Shown here: positions 1 to 7,406 of the stretch, one piece after another
Numbering within the stretch: position 1 is the first letter of the stretch
Layout of the letters: every line of letters begins with the position of its first letter
Assembly: GCA_947087145.1 (NCBI GenBank)
Contig: CAMUBM010000001.1
Coordinates: 1 to 29,115, forward strand
Direction: 5' to 3'
DNA length: 29,115 bases
DNA from: an uncultured Mycoplasmatota bacterium
GTDB taxonomy: Bacteria; Bacillota_I; Bacilli_A; RF39; UBA660
Position numbers and translations under genes: made by a program
Notes under the pieces: generated by a model
Told to the model about the DNA's origin: nothing
The model's input: the letters and a program-made list of their open reading frames with translations, nothing else
Databases searched by the model: none

Positions 1-51
1 GCAGATATGGGAAAAACCATAAGTGGAAAAATATTTATAGAAGAAGTATAA
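1..51 (+). CDS. 3' end of an upstream gene, truncated by the window; product unknown
   Basis: Frame 1 reads ADMGKTISGKIFIEEV then TAA at 49-51, immediately followed by a terminator-like hairpin. Confidence 0.5.
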   Translation, partial: ADMGKTISGKIFIEEV

Positions 52-56
52 AGAAT

Positions 57-92
57 AAAAAGAGATATAGAAACTTCTATCTCTCTTTTTTT
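57..92 (+). terminator. Intrinsic terminator-like hairpin upstream of tex
   Basis: AAAAAGAGATATAG (57-70), loop AAACTT, CTATCTCTCTTTTT (77-90) plus TT; one mismatch in the stem. Confidence 0.7.
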
Positions 93-102
93 GGAGGAAA
101 AA

Positions 103-2217
103 ATGAACATAGTAGAAACATTAGCGGGCACATTAGGCGTAAAAAAAACACAAGTAGAAGCAGTATTAAAACTTTTAAGTGAAGATTGCACTATTCCCTT
201 TATAGCAAGATACCGAAAAGAAGCAACAGGTGCTCTTGATGAAGAGCAAATTGGTATCATTGATAGAGAATACAAATACCTTTGCAACTTAGAAAAACGA
301 AAAGAAGATGTTATTCGCTTAATTGATGAAAAAGAATTATTAACGGAAGAACTAGAAAAGTCAATCCGGGCCTGTACAAAACTCATTGAAGTCGAAGATT
401 TGTATCGTCCATTCAAAGAAAAAAAGAAAACCAAAGCAACAGAAGCCATCAAACTAGGACTAGAACCTTTAGCCAAAAAAATCATGGCTTTTCCAACGAA
501 CGGTGATTTGAATTCTTTAGCAAGTGGCTACAATATGCCAGTAGAAGAAGCTCTAAAAAATGCTGGATATATAATCAGCGAATGGATTAGTGACAATGCC
601 TCCTCTAGGAAGTGGACTCGTAACTTTATCTTTAATACTGGACTAATACAAAGTAAAAAGAAAAAAAATGCCGAAGACGAGCGTAAAGTTTACGAAATGT
701 ATTATGATTTTCAAGATAAAATTAAATACATGAAGCACTATCGTGTTCTAGCAATCAATCGAGGAGAAAAAGAAGGAATTCTTTCCGTAAGCATTGACTT
801 TGATAAAGAAAGAGTCTTAGAAAACTACAAAGAAAGAACCATAAAAAAACAAGAATCTTTTGTTGTACCAATTGTCATTGAAGCAATAGAAGATGCTCTA
901 AAACGATTAATACTACCAAGTATTGAAAGAGAAATTAGAACCATGCTTACGGATAACGCAAGTGAAGAAGCCATTAAAACATTTAAAGACAATCTAGAAA
1001 AACTATTATTAACCAAACCTGTAAAAAACAAAACTATCATTGGTTTTGACCCAGCCTTTCGTACTGGATGTAAACTTGCTGTTTTAAACCCTTATGGAGA
1101 AGTTTTAGAAATTGCAACCATCTATCCACATGAACCACATAATAAAAAAATAGAAGCAACCAAAATTTTAAGAGATTTAATTACCAAATACAACGTTGAT
1201 ATCATTGCTATAGGAAATGGTACTGCATCTCGTGAAAGTGAATTCTTTGTAGCAGAAGCCATTAAAGGACTCGATGTAAAATACAATATCGTGAGTGAAG
1301 CCGGAGCAAGTGTCTACTCAGCAAGTAAACTAGCAATTAGTGAATTTCCCGACCTTACTGTTGAAAAAAGAAGTGCTATTTCGATTGGCAGAAGAGTACA
1401 AGACCCTCTATCTGAACTCGTAAAAATTGATCCAAAAAGTATTGGAGTAGGAGAATACCAACATGATGTTAACCAAACAAATCTTTCCGATGCCCTAGAT
1501 TTTACTGTATCAAAAATTGTGAACGAAGTGGGAGTAAACATTAATACAGCGAGTTCAAGTATTTTAAAATACATTTCTGGTCTAAACAAAAAATGTATTG
1601 AAAATATCCAAAAATTCAAAAAAATGCACAACTTCAAAAACAGAGAAGAAATCAAAACTATCTCTGGTATAAGTGACAAAGTCTACGAACAATGTATTGG
1701 GTTCTTACGTATCAATGATGGAGAAAATCTTTTAGACAAAACCAAAATCCACCCCGAAAGTTATGAAATAACGAATAAAATCTTACAAGAACTTAACCTA
1801 GATATCAACAACCAACAAACAGAAAATTTTAAAGAAAAAGTGAACTTTGCAAGTGCCAAAGAATTAAGTGAAAAACTAGACGTAGACATCTATACCATAG
1901 AAGATATTCTAAAAGAATTAGTAACACCAGGACTAGACCCAAGAGACGCCTTGGAAGATGTTTTACTAAAAAGTGATATCTTAACCATCGATGATTTGAA
2001 AGAGGGCATGGAACTTACAGGAACCGTTAGAAACGTGGTCTCCTTTGGAGCATTCGTTGACATTGGTCTGCATAACGATGGTTTGATCCATATTTCAAAA
2101 CTAAGCAAAGAATATGTTTCCAACCCTTTAGATGTCATTCATGTAGGAGATATCATTACTTGTCATGTAGACAAAATTGACAAAGAAAAAGAAAAAGTAA
2201 ATTTAACGCTTATTTAA
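103..2217 (+). CDS. tex: Tex/YhgF family RNA-binding transcriptional accessory protein with C-terminal S1 domain
   Basis: TIPFIARYRKEATG N-terminus, YqgF-like GFDPAFRTGCKLAV, DPLSELVKIDPKSIGVGEYQHDV, S1 domain GTVRNVVSFGAFVDIG...GLIHISKL. Start moved to ATG 103 behind GGAGG. Confidence 0.95.
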   Translation: MNIVETLAGTLGVKKTQVEAVLKLLSEDCTIPFIARYRKEATGALDEEQIGIIDREYKYLCNLEKRKEDVIRLIDEKELLTEELEKSIRACTKLIEVEDLYRPFKEKKKTKATEAIKLGLEPLAKKIMAFPTNGDLNSLASGYNMPVEEALKNAGYIISEWISDNASSRKWTRNFIFNTGLIQSKKKKNAEDERKVYEMYYDFQDKIKYMKHYRVLAINRGEKEGILSVSIDFDKERVLENYKERTIKKQESFVVPIVIEAIEDALKRLILPSIEREIRTMLTDNASEEAIKTFKDNLEKLLLTKPVKNKTIIGFDPAFRTGCKLAVLNPYGEVLEIATIYPHEPHNKKIEATKILRDLITKYNVDIIAIGNGTASRESEFFVAEAIKGLDVKYNIVSEAGASVYSASKLAISEFPDLTVEKRSAISIGRRVQDPLSELVKIDPKSIGVGEYQHDVNQTNLSDALDFTVSKIVNEVGVNINTASSSILKYISGLNKKCIENIQKFKKMHNFKNREEIKTISGISDKVYEQCIGFLRINDGENLLDKTKIHPESYEITNKILQELNLDINNQQTENFKEKVNFASAKELSEKLDVDIYTIEDILKELVTPGLDPRDALEDVLLKSDILTIDDLKEGMELTGTVRNVVSFGAFVDIGLHNDGLIHISKLSKEYVSNPLDVIHVGDIITCHVDKIDKEKEKVNLTLI

Positions 2218-2232
2218 AAGTCATGTTATAAT

Positions 2233-2264
2233 AATAGATAGAGAAAACCACTCTATCTATTTTT
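2233..2264 (+). terminator. Intrinsic terminator after tex
   Basis: Perfect 11-bp stem AATAGATAGAG / CTCTATCTATT with loop AAAACCA, followed by T-run. Confidence 0.75.
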
Positions 2265-2308
2265 ATATCCAAAAATGGGTATACTAAAAAAACAAGGAGA
2301 AGAAAAGT

Positions 2309-4138
2309 ATGTGTGGAATTGTAGGGATCATTAGTAAAGAAAAAGAAAAAAAACAAACTATAAAAAAAATGGCGGATCGAATTAGTCATAGAGGTCCAGA
2401 TGGTGAAGGCTATTACGTAGACAAAAATGCTGCTTTAGGACACAGAAGACTTTCTATTATTGATATAGCAAGTGGTGCCCAACCGATGTATAACGAAATG
2501 GAGTCCATAGTAGTTGTTTTTAACGGAGAAATTTATAACTATATAGAATTAAAAAACGAACTAAAAAAGAAGAACCATATCTTTAAAACCAATTCGGATA
2601 CGGAAGTTCTTTTGCATGGTTACGAAGAGTGGGGTAGTGACTTACCTAAAAAACTAAGAGGAATGTTTGCTTTTGCTCTATGGGATAAAAATACAGAAAC
2701 TTTATTCTGTGCACGAGATCCTTTTGGTATTAAACCATTTTATTATTACGAAACAGATAATACTTTCCTTTTCGCATCAGAAATTAAATCTTTTCTAGAA
2801 CACCCCAAATTTGAACGTATCTTAAACAAGGATTTAATTGGTCCCTATCTATCCTTTAGTTTTACTCCTACCACCGAAACATTCTTTAAAGGTGTCTATC
2901 GTCTTGACCCGGGAAGTAGTTTGACCTACCAACAAGGCAACTTAAAAATAGAAAAATACTTTGAAATTGCATTCAATGAAAAAAATAGAGAATTAAAAAA
3001 AGTAGTAGAAGACATTGATAAAGTTATGAAAGACTCTGTAAATCACCACATGCTAAGTGATGTCGAAGTAGGTTCTTTCCTTTCCAGTGGAATAGACTCT
3101 TCTTACATTGTAAGTCTTGCCAAACCAGACAAAACCTATACAGTAGGATACGAAGAAGATAAATACAACGAGATTAACTATGCCAAAGATTTGGCCGACA
3201 AACTAAAAATAAATAATACCAGTAAAATAATCACCAAAGAAGAATACAAGAGTATTATACCAACCATTATGTATTATATGGATGAACCATCCAGTGACCC
3301 TGCTGCTATTGCCCTTTACTTTGTCTCTAATCTAGCAAGCCAAGACGTAAAAGTCGTTTTATCAGGAGAAGGAGCCGACGAATTCTTTGGAGGATATAAC
3401 AAATATAGAGAAGAAGTAGATCTAAAATGGTACAACAAACTTCCTTACTTCTTAAGACACACACTAGCCCTACTATTCAGTATCCTACCAGAAGTAAAAG
3501 GAAGAAACTTTATTGTAAGACGAGGAACCAAATTAGAGGCAGAATACATCGGAGTCAATAAAGTATTTAGTGAGAAAGAAAGAAAAAAAGTCCTTGCTTG
3601 CAACGATACGATAAGAAACAAAGACTTAACAAAACCAATTTTTGAAACCCAAAAAGGAAAAGACAATATTACCAAAATGCAAGCGATTGATATACATTTT
3701 TGGTTAATTAAAGACATTTTACAAAAAGCAGATAGAATGACCATGGCAAATTCGATAGAAGGAAGAGTTCCTTTTATTGATAAAGAAGTCTTTAAACTAG
3801 CAAGCACCTTAAACGAAGAATGCAAAGTAACAAAAGAAAATACCAAAGTAGCTCTAAGAAGTGCTGCCAAAAAAGTAATTCCCAATGAGTCTTATAAGAA
3901 GAAAAAACTGGGGTTCCCCGTTCCTCTTCGTGAATGGTTAAGAGATATGGATTTCTATACCGAAGTAAAAACAACATTTGAACAAGACTTTGTCAGAGAA
4001 TTCTTTAATCAAAACTATATTTTAAAATTATTAGAAGAACACAAAAATCATAAAAAAGATATTTATAAAAAAGTATGGACCATTTATTGTTTTATCAAAT
4101 GGTATGAGATTTTCTTTTTGGATAAGTCCTATGAGTAG
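2309..4138 (+). CDS. asnB: Asparagine synthase (glutamine-hydrolysing), AsnB family amidotransferase
   Basis: N-terminal MCGIVG (Ntn Cys), HRGPDGEG, GHRRLSIID, FNGEIYNY, RDPFGIKP, FLSSGIDSS, VLSGEGADEFFGGY, EGRVPF, KKLGFPVP. Confidence 0.95.
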   Translation: MCGIVGIISKEKEKKQTIKKMADRISHRGPDGEGYYVDKNAALGHRRLSIIDIASGAQPMYNEMESIVVVFNGEIYNYIELKNELKKKNHIFKTNSDTEVLLHGYEEWGSDLPKKLRGMFAFALWDKNTETLFCARDPFGIKPFYYYETDNTFLFASEIKSFLEHPKFERILNKDLIGPYLSFSFTPTTETFFKGVYRLDPGSSLTYQQGNLKIEKYFEIAFNEKNRELKKVVEDIDKVMKDSVNHHMLSDVEVGSFLSSGIDSSYIVSLAKPDKTYTVGYEEDKYNEINYAKDLADKLKINNTSKIITKEEYKSIIPTIMYYMDEPSSDPAAIALYFVSNLASQDVKVVLSGEGADEFFGGYNKYREEVDLKWYNKLPYFLRHTLALLFSILPEVKGRNFIVRRGTKLEAEYIGVNKVFSEKERKKVLACNDTIRNKDLTKPIFETQKGKDNITKMQAIDIHFWLIKDILQKADRMTMANSIEGRVPFIDKEVFKLASTLNEECKVTKENTKVALRSAAKKVIPNESYKKKKLGFPVPLREWLRDMDFYTEVKTTFEQDFVREFFNQNYILKLLEEHKNHKKDIYKKVWTIYCFIKWYEIFFLDKSYE

Positions 4139-4151
4139 TAACGAAAAATAC

Positions 4152-4181
4152 TTGTATTAAAACACATTATCGTGTTATAGT
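4152..4181 (+). promoter_or_regulatory. Sigma-A promoter for the putative antisense sRNA
   Basis: TTGTAT (4152-4157), 18-bp spacer, extended -10 TGtTATAGT (4173-4181). No plus-strand ORF lies downstream. Confidence 0.65.
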
Positions 4182-4187
4182 ATAAAT

Positions 4188-4283
4188 GAAGTGTTATCCG
4201 AGAGAGATAACGCTCGCATTATAAGCTTTGAGCGCTATACCAGATATTAAGTGAATTCATGATGTTTGGCTAGCGCTCTTTTT
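4188..4283 (+). ncRNA. Putative ~95-nt cis-antisense (antitoxin) sRNA; ends approximate
   Basis: Lies between the promoter and a long GC-rich hairpin GAGCGCTATACCA...TGGCTAGCGCTC (4230-4278) followed by TTTTT. It has a 5' hairpin GTTATC/GATAAC and is antisense to the 3' region of the 28-aa peptide transcript. Confidence 0.6.
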
Positions 4284-4368
4284 ATATCAATCTTAGTATG
4301 ACTAAAATTAACATAAAAATGATTACTAGAAGAAAATATACCAAATGTGATATAGAATCTTTTTTCAT
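4282..4368 (-). CDS. 28-aa hydrophobic membrane peptide MKKDSISHLVYFLLVIIFMLILVILRLI (putative type I toxin)
   Basis: ATG at 4368 behind AGGAGGAG, TAA at 4282-4284, one ~20-aa hydrophobic stretch. The ORF is conserved in frame in copy B. Below the ORF-track cutoff. Confidence 0.75.
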   Translation of the reverse strand: MKKDSISHLVYFLLVIIFMLILVILRLI

Positions 4369-4460
4369 GTACACCACTCTCCTCCTACCTTTCGAGTAAA
4401 CCCCCTGAAAGATAAAATTTAAATGAAGCGAGCGCTACTCACTGAATAACACGAGTGGCT

Positions 4461-4488
4461 ATTATAACTAAAAAAAACGAAAGTACAA
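4461..4488 (-). promoter_or_regulatory. Sigma-A promoter for the peptide mRNA (copy A)
   Basis: TTGTAC, 16 bp, TATAAT on the minus strand; same hexamers and spacing in copy B. Confidence 0.7.
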
Positions 4489-4516
4489 GACTTTCGACAA
4501 AATTGGATAAATTATT

Positions 4517-4972
4517 TTAATTCAAAATAGCAATTCCAATCGTTAAATAAGTTGCAAACAATATCCATAACAAATAAGGAATATTGAAGTAAGCACTTAT
4601 TTTTTTCTTGTTCCAAAATAAGTAAATCAGTAGAAAAACAAGAACATCCAAAAGTAGGATCCATACCACAGCAATAAATCTTGCTTTCCACAAAAAGAAA
4701 ATAAGACTCTATAAAGCATTTACAAAAAGTTGTACGTAATAGACGATGTCAACAAAACCATTTTCTTCATATTCTTTTTTATAAAGAAAATACGAAATGC
4801 CAATCAAAAGATAAAGGATAGACCAAGCAATAGGAAATAATATTTTAGGAGGAGCAAGAATAGGCCTCACAAGAGAAGTATAATCAATACTATCTCGAAT
4901 AAGAAAAGCTATGGTTCCTCCTATCACCAACGGAAAAAACAAATAAAAAAGATTTTGCAAAATTTTTTTCAT
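4517..4972 (-). pseudogene. tspO: TspO/MBR family protein interrupted by one in-frame TAG (4709-4711)
   Basis: N-half has LAPPKILFPIAWSILYLLIG and YYVQLFVNAL*. The frame continues past TAG as SLIFFLWK...AYFNIPYLLWILFATYLTIGIAILN to TAA 4517-4519, giving 151 codons. The TAG replaces the W of the LNxxWSxxFF motif. Confidence 0.85.
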
Positions 4973-5024
4973 AAAACACCTCTGCTATTATCATAGAAAT
5001 AAGAAAGAAAAATATACCAACATG

Positions 5025-5033
5025 TGCTATAAT
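5025..5033 (+). promoter_or_regulatory. Extended -10 promoter just upstream of the UDG-like gene
   Basis: TGCTATAAT ends 7 nt before GTG 5041. Confidence 0.55.
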
Positions 5034-5040
5034 ACATATA

Positions 5041-5709
5041 GTGAGTAGTATGGAAATAGAAGATTTAAACATAGAATATGATAAATTACAAAAGAAATAT
5101 GGAGCCCCAGAACTAGACTCCATTTATAATGGTGGATGTACAGAAAACCCAGAATTATGTTTCGTATTCATGAACCCTACTGGAAGAAATATTGCATCAA
5201 CAAAAACATGGAAAGGCATAAAATCACCTTGGATAGGAACAAAAAATATTTGGGACTTATTTTATAGTTTAGATTTAGTAGAAGAGAATATTTACCAAGA
5301 AATAAAAAAGAAAAAAGGAAGTGAATGGACACCTGAGTTTGCAGAGTTTGTTTATGAAGACGTAAAAAAGCACAAATACTTCATTACCAATCTAGGAAAA
5401 TGTACCCAAATCGATGCCAGACCTTTACCAGACTCTGTATACAAAGAGTACTTAGAATTACTAAAAAAAGAAATCGAAATCATAAAACCCAAAGTAATTA
5501 TTTTATTTGGCAACCAAGTAAGTTCTATTGTACTGGAAGAAACTATTTCTGTTTCCAAATGCCGTAGGAAAGAATTTAAAAGAACAATAAATGGGCAAGA
5601 ATATTCTTTCTATTCTGTTTTTTACCCTGTAGGAAATGGCAGATTTAATATAGACAAAGCCATTGAAGATATAAAATGGATAAAGGAGGAAATAAAGTGC
5701 AAAATTTAG
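5041..5709 (+). CDS. Uracil-DNA glycosylase superfamily protein, atypical (start GTG 5041 or ATG 5050)
   Basis: UDG-fold motifs CFVFMNP, YFITNLGKC, IEIIKPKVIILFGNQV, and FYPVG in place of the usual HP motif. Confidence 0.75.
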   Translation: MSSMEIEDLNIEYDKLQKKYGAPELDSIYNGGCTENPELCFVFMNPTGRNIASTKTWKGIKSPWIGTKNIWDLFYSLDLVEENIYQEIKKKKGSEWTPEFAEFVYEDVKKHKYFITNLGKCTQIDARPLPDSVYKEYLELLKKEIEIIKPKVIILFGNQVSSIVLEETISVSKCRRKEFKRTINGQEYSFYSVFYPVGNGRFNIDKAIEDIKWIKEEIKCKI

Positions 5710-6167
5710 GATTTATTATAGACAAAAATGGAATAGTCACTTATTTTGGAAGTTGGGTAGAATATGATAAGAGAGAAAAAGAAAATCGAAATCAACAACA
5801 TACAACTAGTTTTGAAGATGAAGTAGAACCAACAGAATATTTTAAGTCGCTAAATCTCGTTTACAAAAAAGAAAATGACCATTGGATAATTTATGAAGCA
5901 GAAAATATTAGTTTACAAGGAGTTATAGTAGGAATAAACAATACTTATTATAAAGATAGACAGGAATTATGGATGTTTGTTTCTACGGATTTGACTGCAG
6001 CTCAAAAAGAAAGTTTGAATGACTTATATGAAACATTAAAAAAATTTAATACAATAAAAATAAAAACTTCTTCAAAACTAGGTTTTAATATAGAAGGATA
6101 TGAATACACCTCCGTTGATGATTATTTCGAAGATTATGGCATTGATTTACCAGGACGAAAAATGTAA
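5697..6167 (+). CDS. Hypothetical protein (~156 aa)
   Basis: Open frame with GGAGG 6 nt upstream of GTG 5697, overlapping the UDG 3' end. No recognised motif. Confidence 0.7.
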   Translation: MQNLGFIIDKNGIVTYFGSWVEYDKREKENRNQQHTTSFEDEVEPTEYFKSLNLVYKKENDHWIIYEAENISLQGVIVGINNTYYKDRQELWMFVSTDLTAAQKESLNDLYETLKKFNTIKIKTSSKLGFNIEGYEYTSVDDYFEDYGIDLPGRKM

Positions 6168-6200
6168 AAAACTTACACGAATAAAAATCATGTAAGTTTT
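6167..6200. terminator. Bidirectional terminator between convergent genes
   Basis: AAAACTTACA ... TGTAAGTTTT inverted repeat between two convergent stop codons. Confidence 0.6.
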
Positions 6201-6768
6201 ATTTATTTTCTAAAATATAAGTAAGAAGAACACCAATCGTTCTCTCTTCATGAATTTCCTTGTGAATACAAAGTTCTACGATTTCTTCATAACCTTTCCA
6301 AACAAAACCAGAAACAACTTCATTTTCTTCTAATTGTGGCCCGTCTTCACTAATTGTAAAGTCCGTAATTTCATAATAATACAAATCCCAAATGACTCCA
6401 GCTCCATCATGAGAAACTTTTAATAATCTGGGGTTATTTACAACAAAACCAACTTCTTCTAAAACCTCTTTTGGAACAGTGGATTCTACATGTTCCAAAA
6501 CGTTCCCTTGTTTTAAAGATTTCTTATATTCTTCCAAACTATCAAAAACTTTTCCGCCAGGAAGCCGATAATCCCAATCATTCAGTTCATAACGAAATTC
6601 TCGAGAAAGTAAAATCTTTCCCTTTTTCTTATCAACCAATAAAGCACGTATTCCTGGAGGTCTTCGTACCATGTTCCTTTTGATATGTTTGGTAACTCCC
6701 TCGATAACAAAATCTTCCTCTGTCTCCAAAAATTCAAAAAAACCATTATTATAAACAGATTTTTCCAT
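6199..6768 (-). CDS. NUDIX hydrolase (ADP-ribose pyrophosphatase-like)
   Basis: RRPPGIRALLV, LLSREFRY, YRLPGGKVF...KEVLEEVGF. Start reassigned to ATG 6768 behind AAGGTGA. Confidence 0.85.
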   Translation of the reverse strand: MEKSVYNNGFFEFLETEEDFVIEGVTKHIKRNMVRRPPGIRALLVDKKKGKILLSREFRYELNDWDYRLPGGKVFDSLEEYKKSLKQGNVLEHVESTVPKEVLEEVGFVVNNPRLLKVSHDGAGVIWDLYYYEITDFTISEDGPQLEENEVVSGFVWKGYEEIVELCIHKEIHEERTIGVLLTYILENK

Positions 6769-6916
6769 ACACATCACCTTAAATAAAATATACCATAGAA
6801 AAAAATAAAAGTGTATAATAAAAGAAAAAATATGAATAATATATTTTAATGAAAATTCCCACAAAAATAGCAATAGTTATATCAGAATTATAGTATAATT
6901 AAAGTAGGTGGTAACA

Positions 6917-7396
6917 ATGGAAATAATAGATTATTCTAATCAGTATAATGAAGATGTTAAAAATTTACTTGTCGAATTACAAGAACATATTGTGAAGTTA
7001 GACAAAGAAAAATATAATATTTTAACACCTGACTATAGAGAAAAATACTTTGAAAAAACAATGAACGCGGTAAAAAAATACGAAGGAAAAATATTTTTAG
7101 CCAAAGAAACGGATGCAATTGTTGGACTTATTATTGGTTTGATTAACAATGAAAATGAAAATACTTATGATTTTTCTGCTCCAAAAAGAGGTCGAGTGAC
7201 AGAATTAATAGTATCAAATAAATGCCGTTCCAAAGGAATAGGAGAACAATTATTAAATAAAATGGAAAGTTATTTTAAAGAAGTTGGTTGTAAAGGTGTT
7301 TTAATTGATGTTTTCGCTTACAATGAAAAAGCCCAAAATTTTTATTATAAAAACGGTTACTTTAATAGAAATATAGAGATAATGAAAAAAATTTGA
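6917..7396 (+). CDS. GNAT family N-acetyltransferase
   Basis: ELIVSNKCRSKGIGEQLL acetyl-CoA motif A and VFAYNEKAQNFYYKNGY. ATG 6917 follows AGGTGG. Confidence 0.9.
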   Translation: MEIIDYSNQYNEDVKNLLVELQEHIVKLDKEKYNILTPDYREKYFEKTMNAVKKYEGKIFLAKETDAIVGLIIGLINNENENTYDFSAPKRGRVTELIVSNKCRSKGIGEQLLNKMESYFKEVGCKGVLIDVFAYNEKAQNFYYKNGYFNRNIEIMKKI

Positions 7397-7406
7397 GGTA
7401 TTACCA

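Larger units (their letters stand above)
4150..4500 (-). repeat. Copy A of a two-copy intergenic element (homologue at 16821-17126); putative type I toxin-antitoxin locus
   Basis: Reverse complement aligns co-linearly with 16821-17126. Exact shared blocks in order: CTTGTACTTTCGT, TATAAT, GCTTCATTT, TCGAAAGGTA, ATGAAAAAAGATTCTA, ATATAAAAAG, CCAAACA, GGTATAGCG, ATGTGTTT, AATACAAG. Confidence 0.9.

Noticed and set aside
57-2264. Similar GA/CT-rich hairpins on both sides of tex as mobile-element ends
   Set aside because: Both are ordinary terminators after stop codons; similarity is low-complexity and tex is a core gene.
825-3977. Short alternative-frame and antisense ORFs inside tex and asnB (same for those inside other long genes)
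   Set aside because: Fully nested in well-supported genes, with no RBS or motifs. Their hydrophobic F/L/S bias is the expected mirror of A-rich coding strands.
4188-4283. GC-rich hairpin region as tRNA, 6S RNA, T-box or riboswitch
   Set aside because: No cloverleaf, T-box motif or recognisable aptamer, and no co-oriented gene downstream to regulate. The antisense-RNA reading explains promoter, terminator and second copy better.
4709-4711. Genome-wide TAG reassignment or pyrrolysine
   Set aside because: At least five intact genes in the window end at TAG at their expected family length, and no pyl genes are visible.
6769-6916. preQ1 riboswitch ahead of the operon containing QNG1
   Set aside because: No AGAGGTTCTAG...CCCTCTATAAAAAACTAA-like motif seen on either strand.
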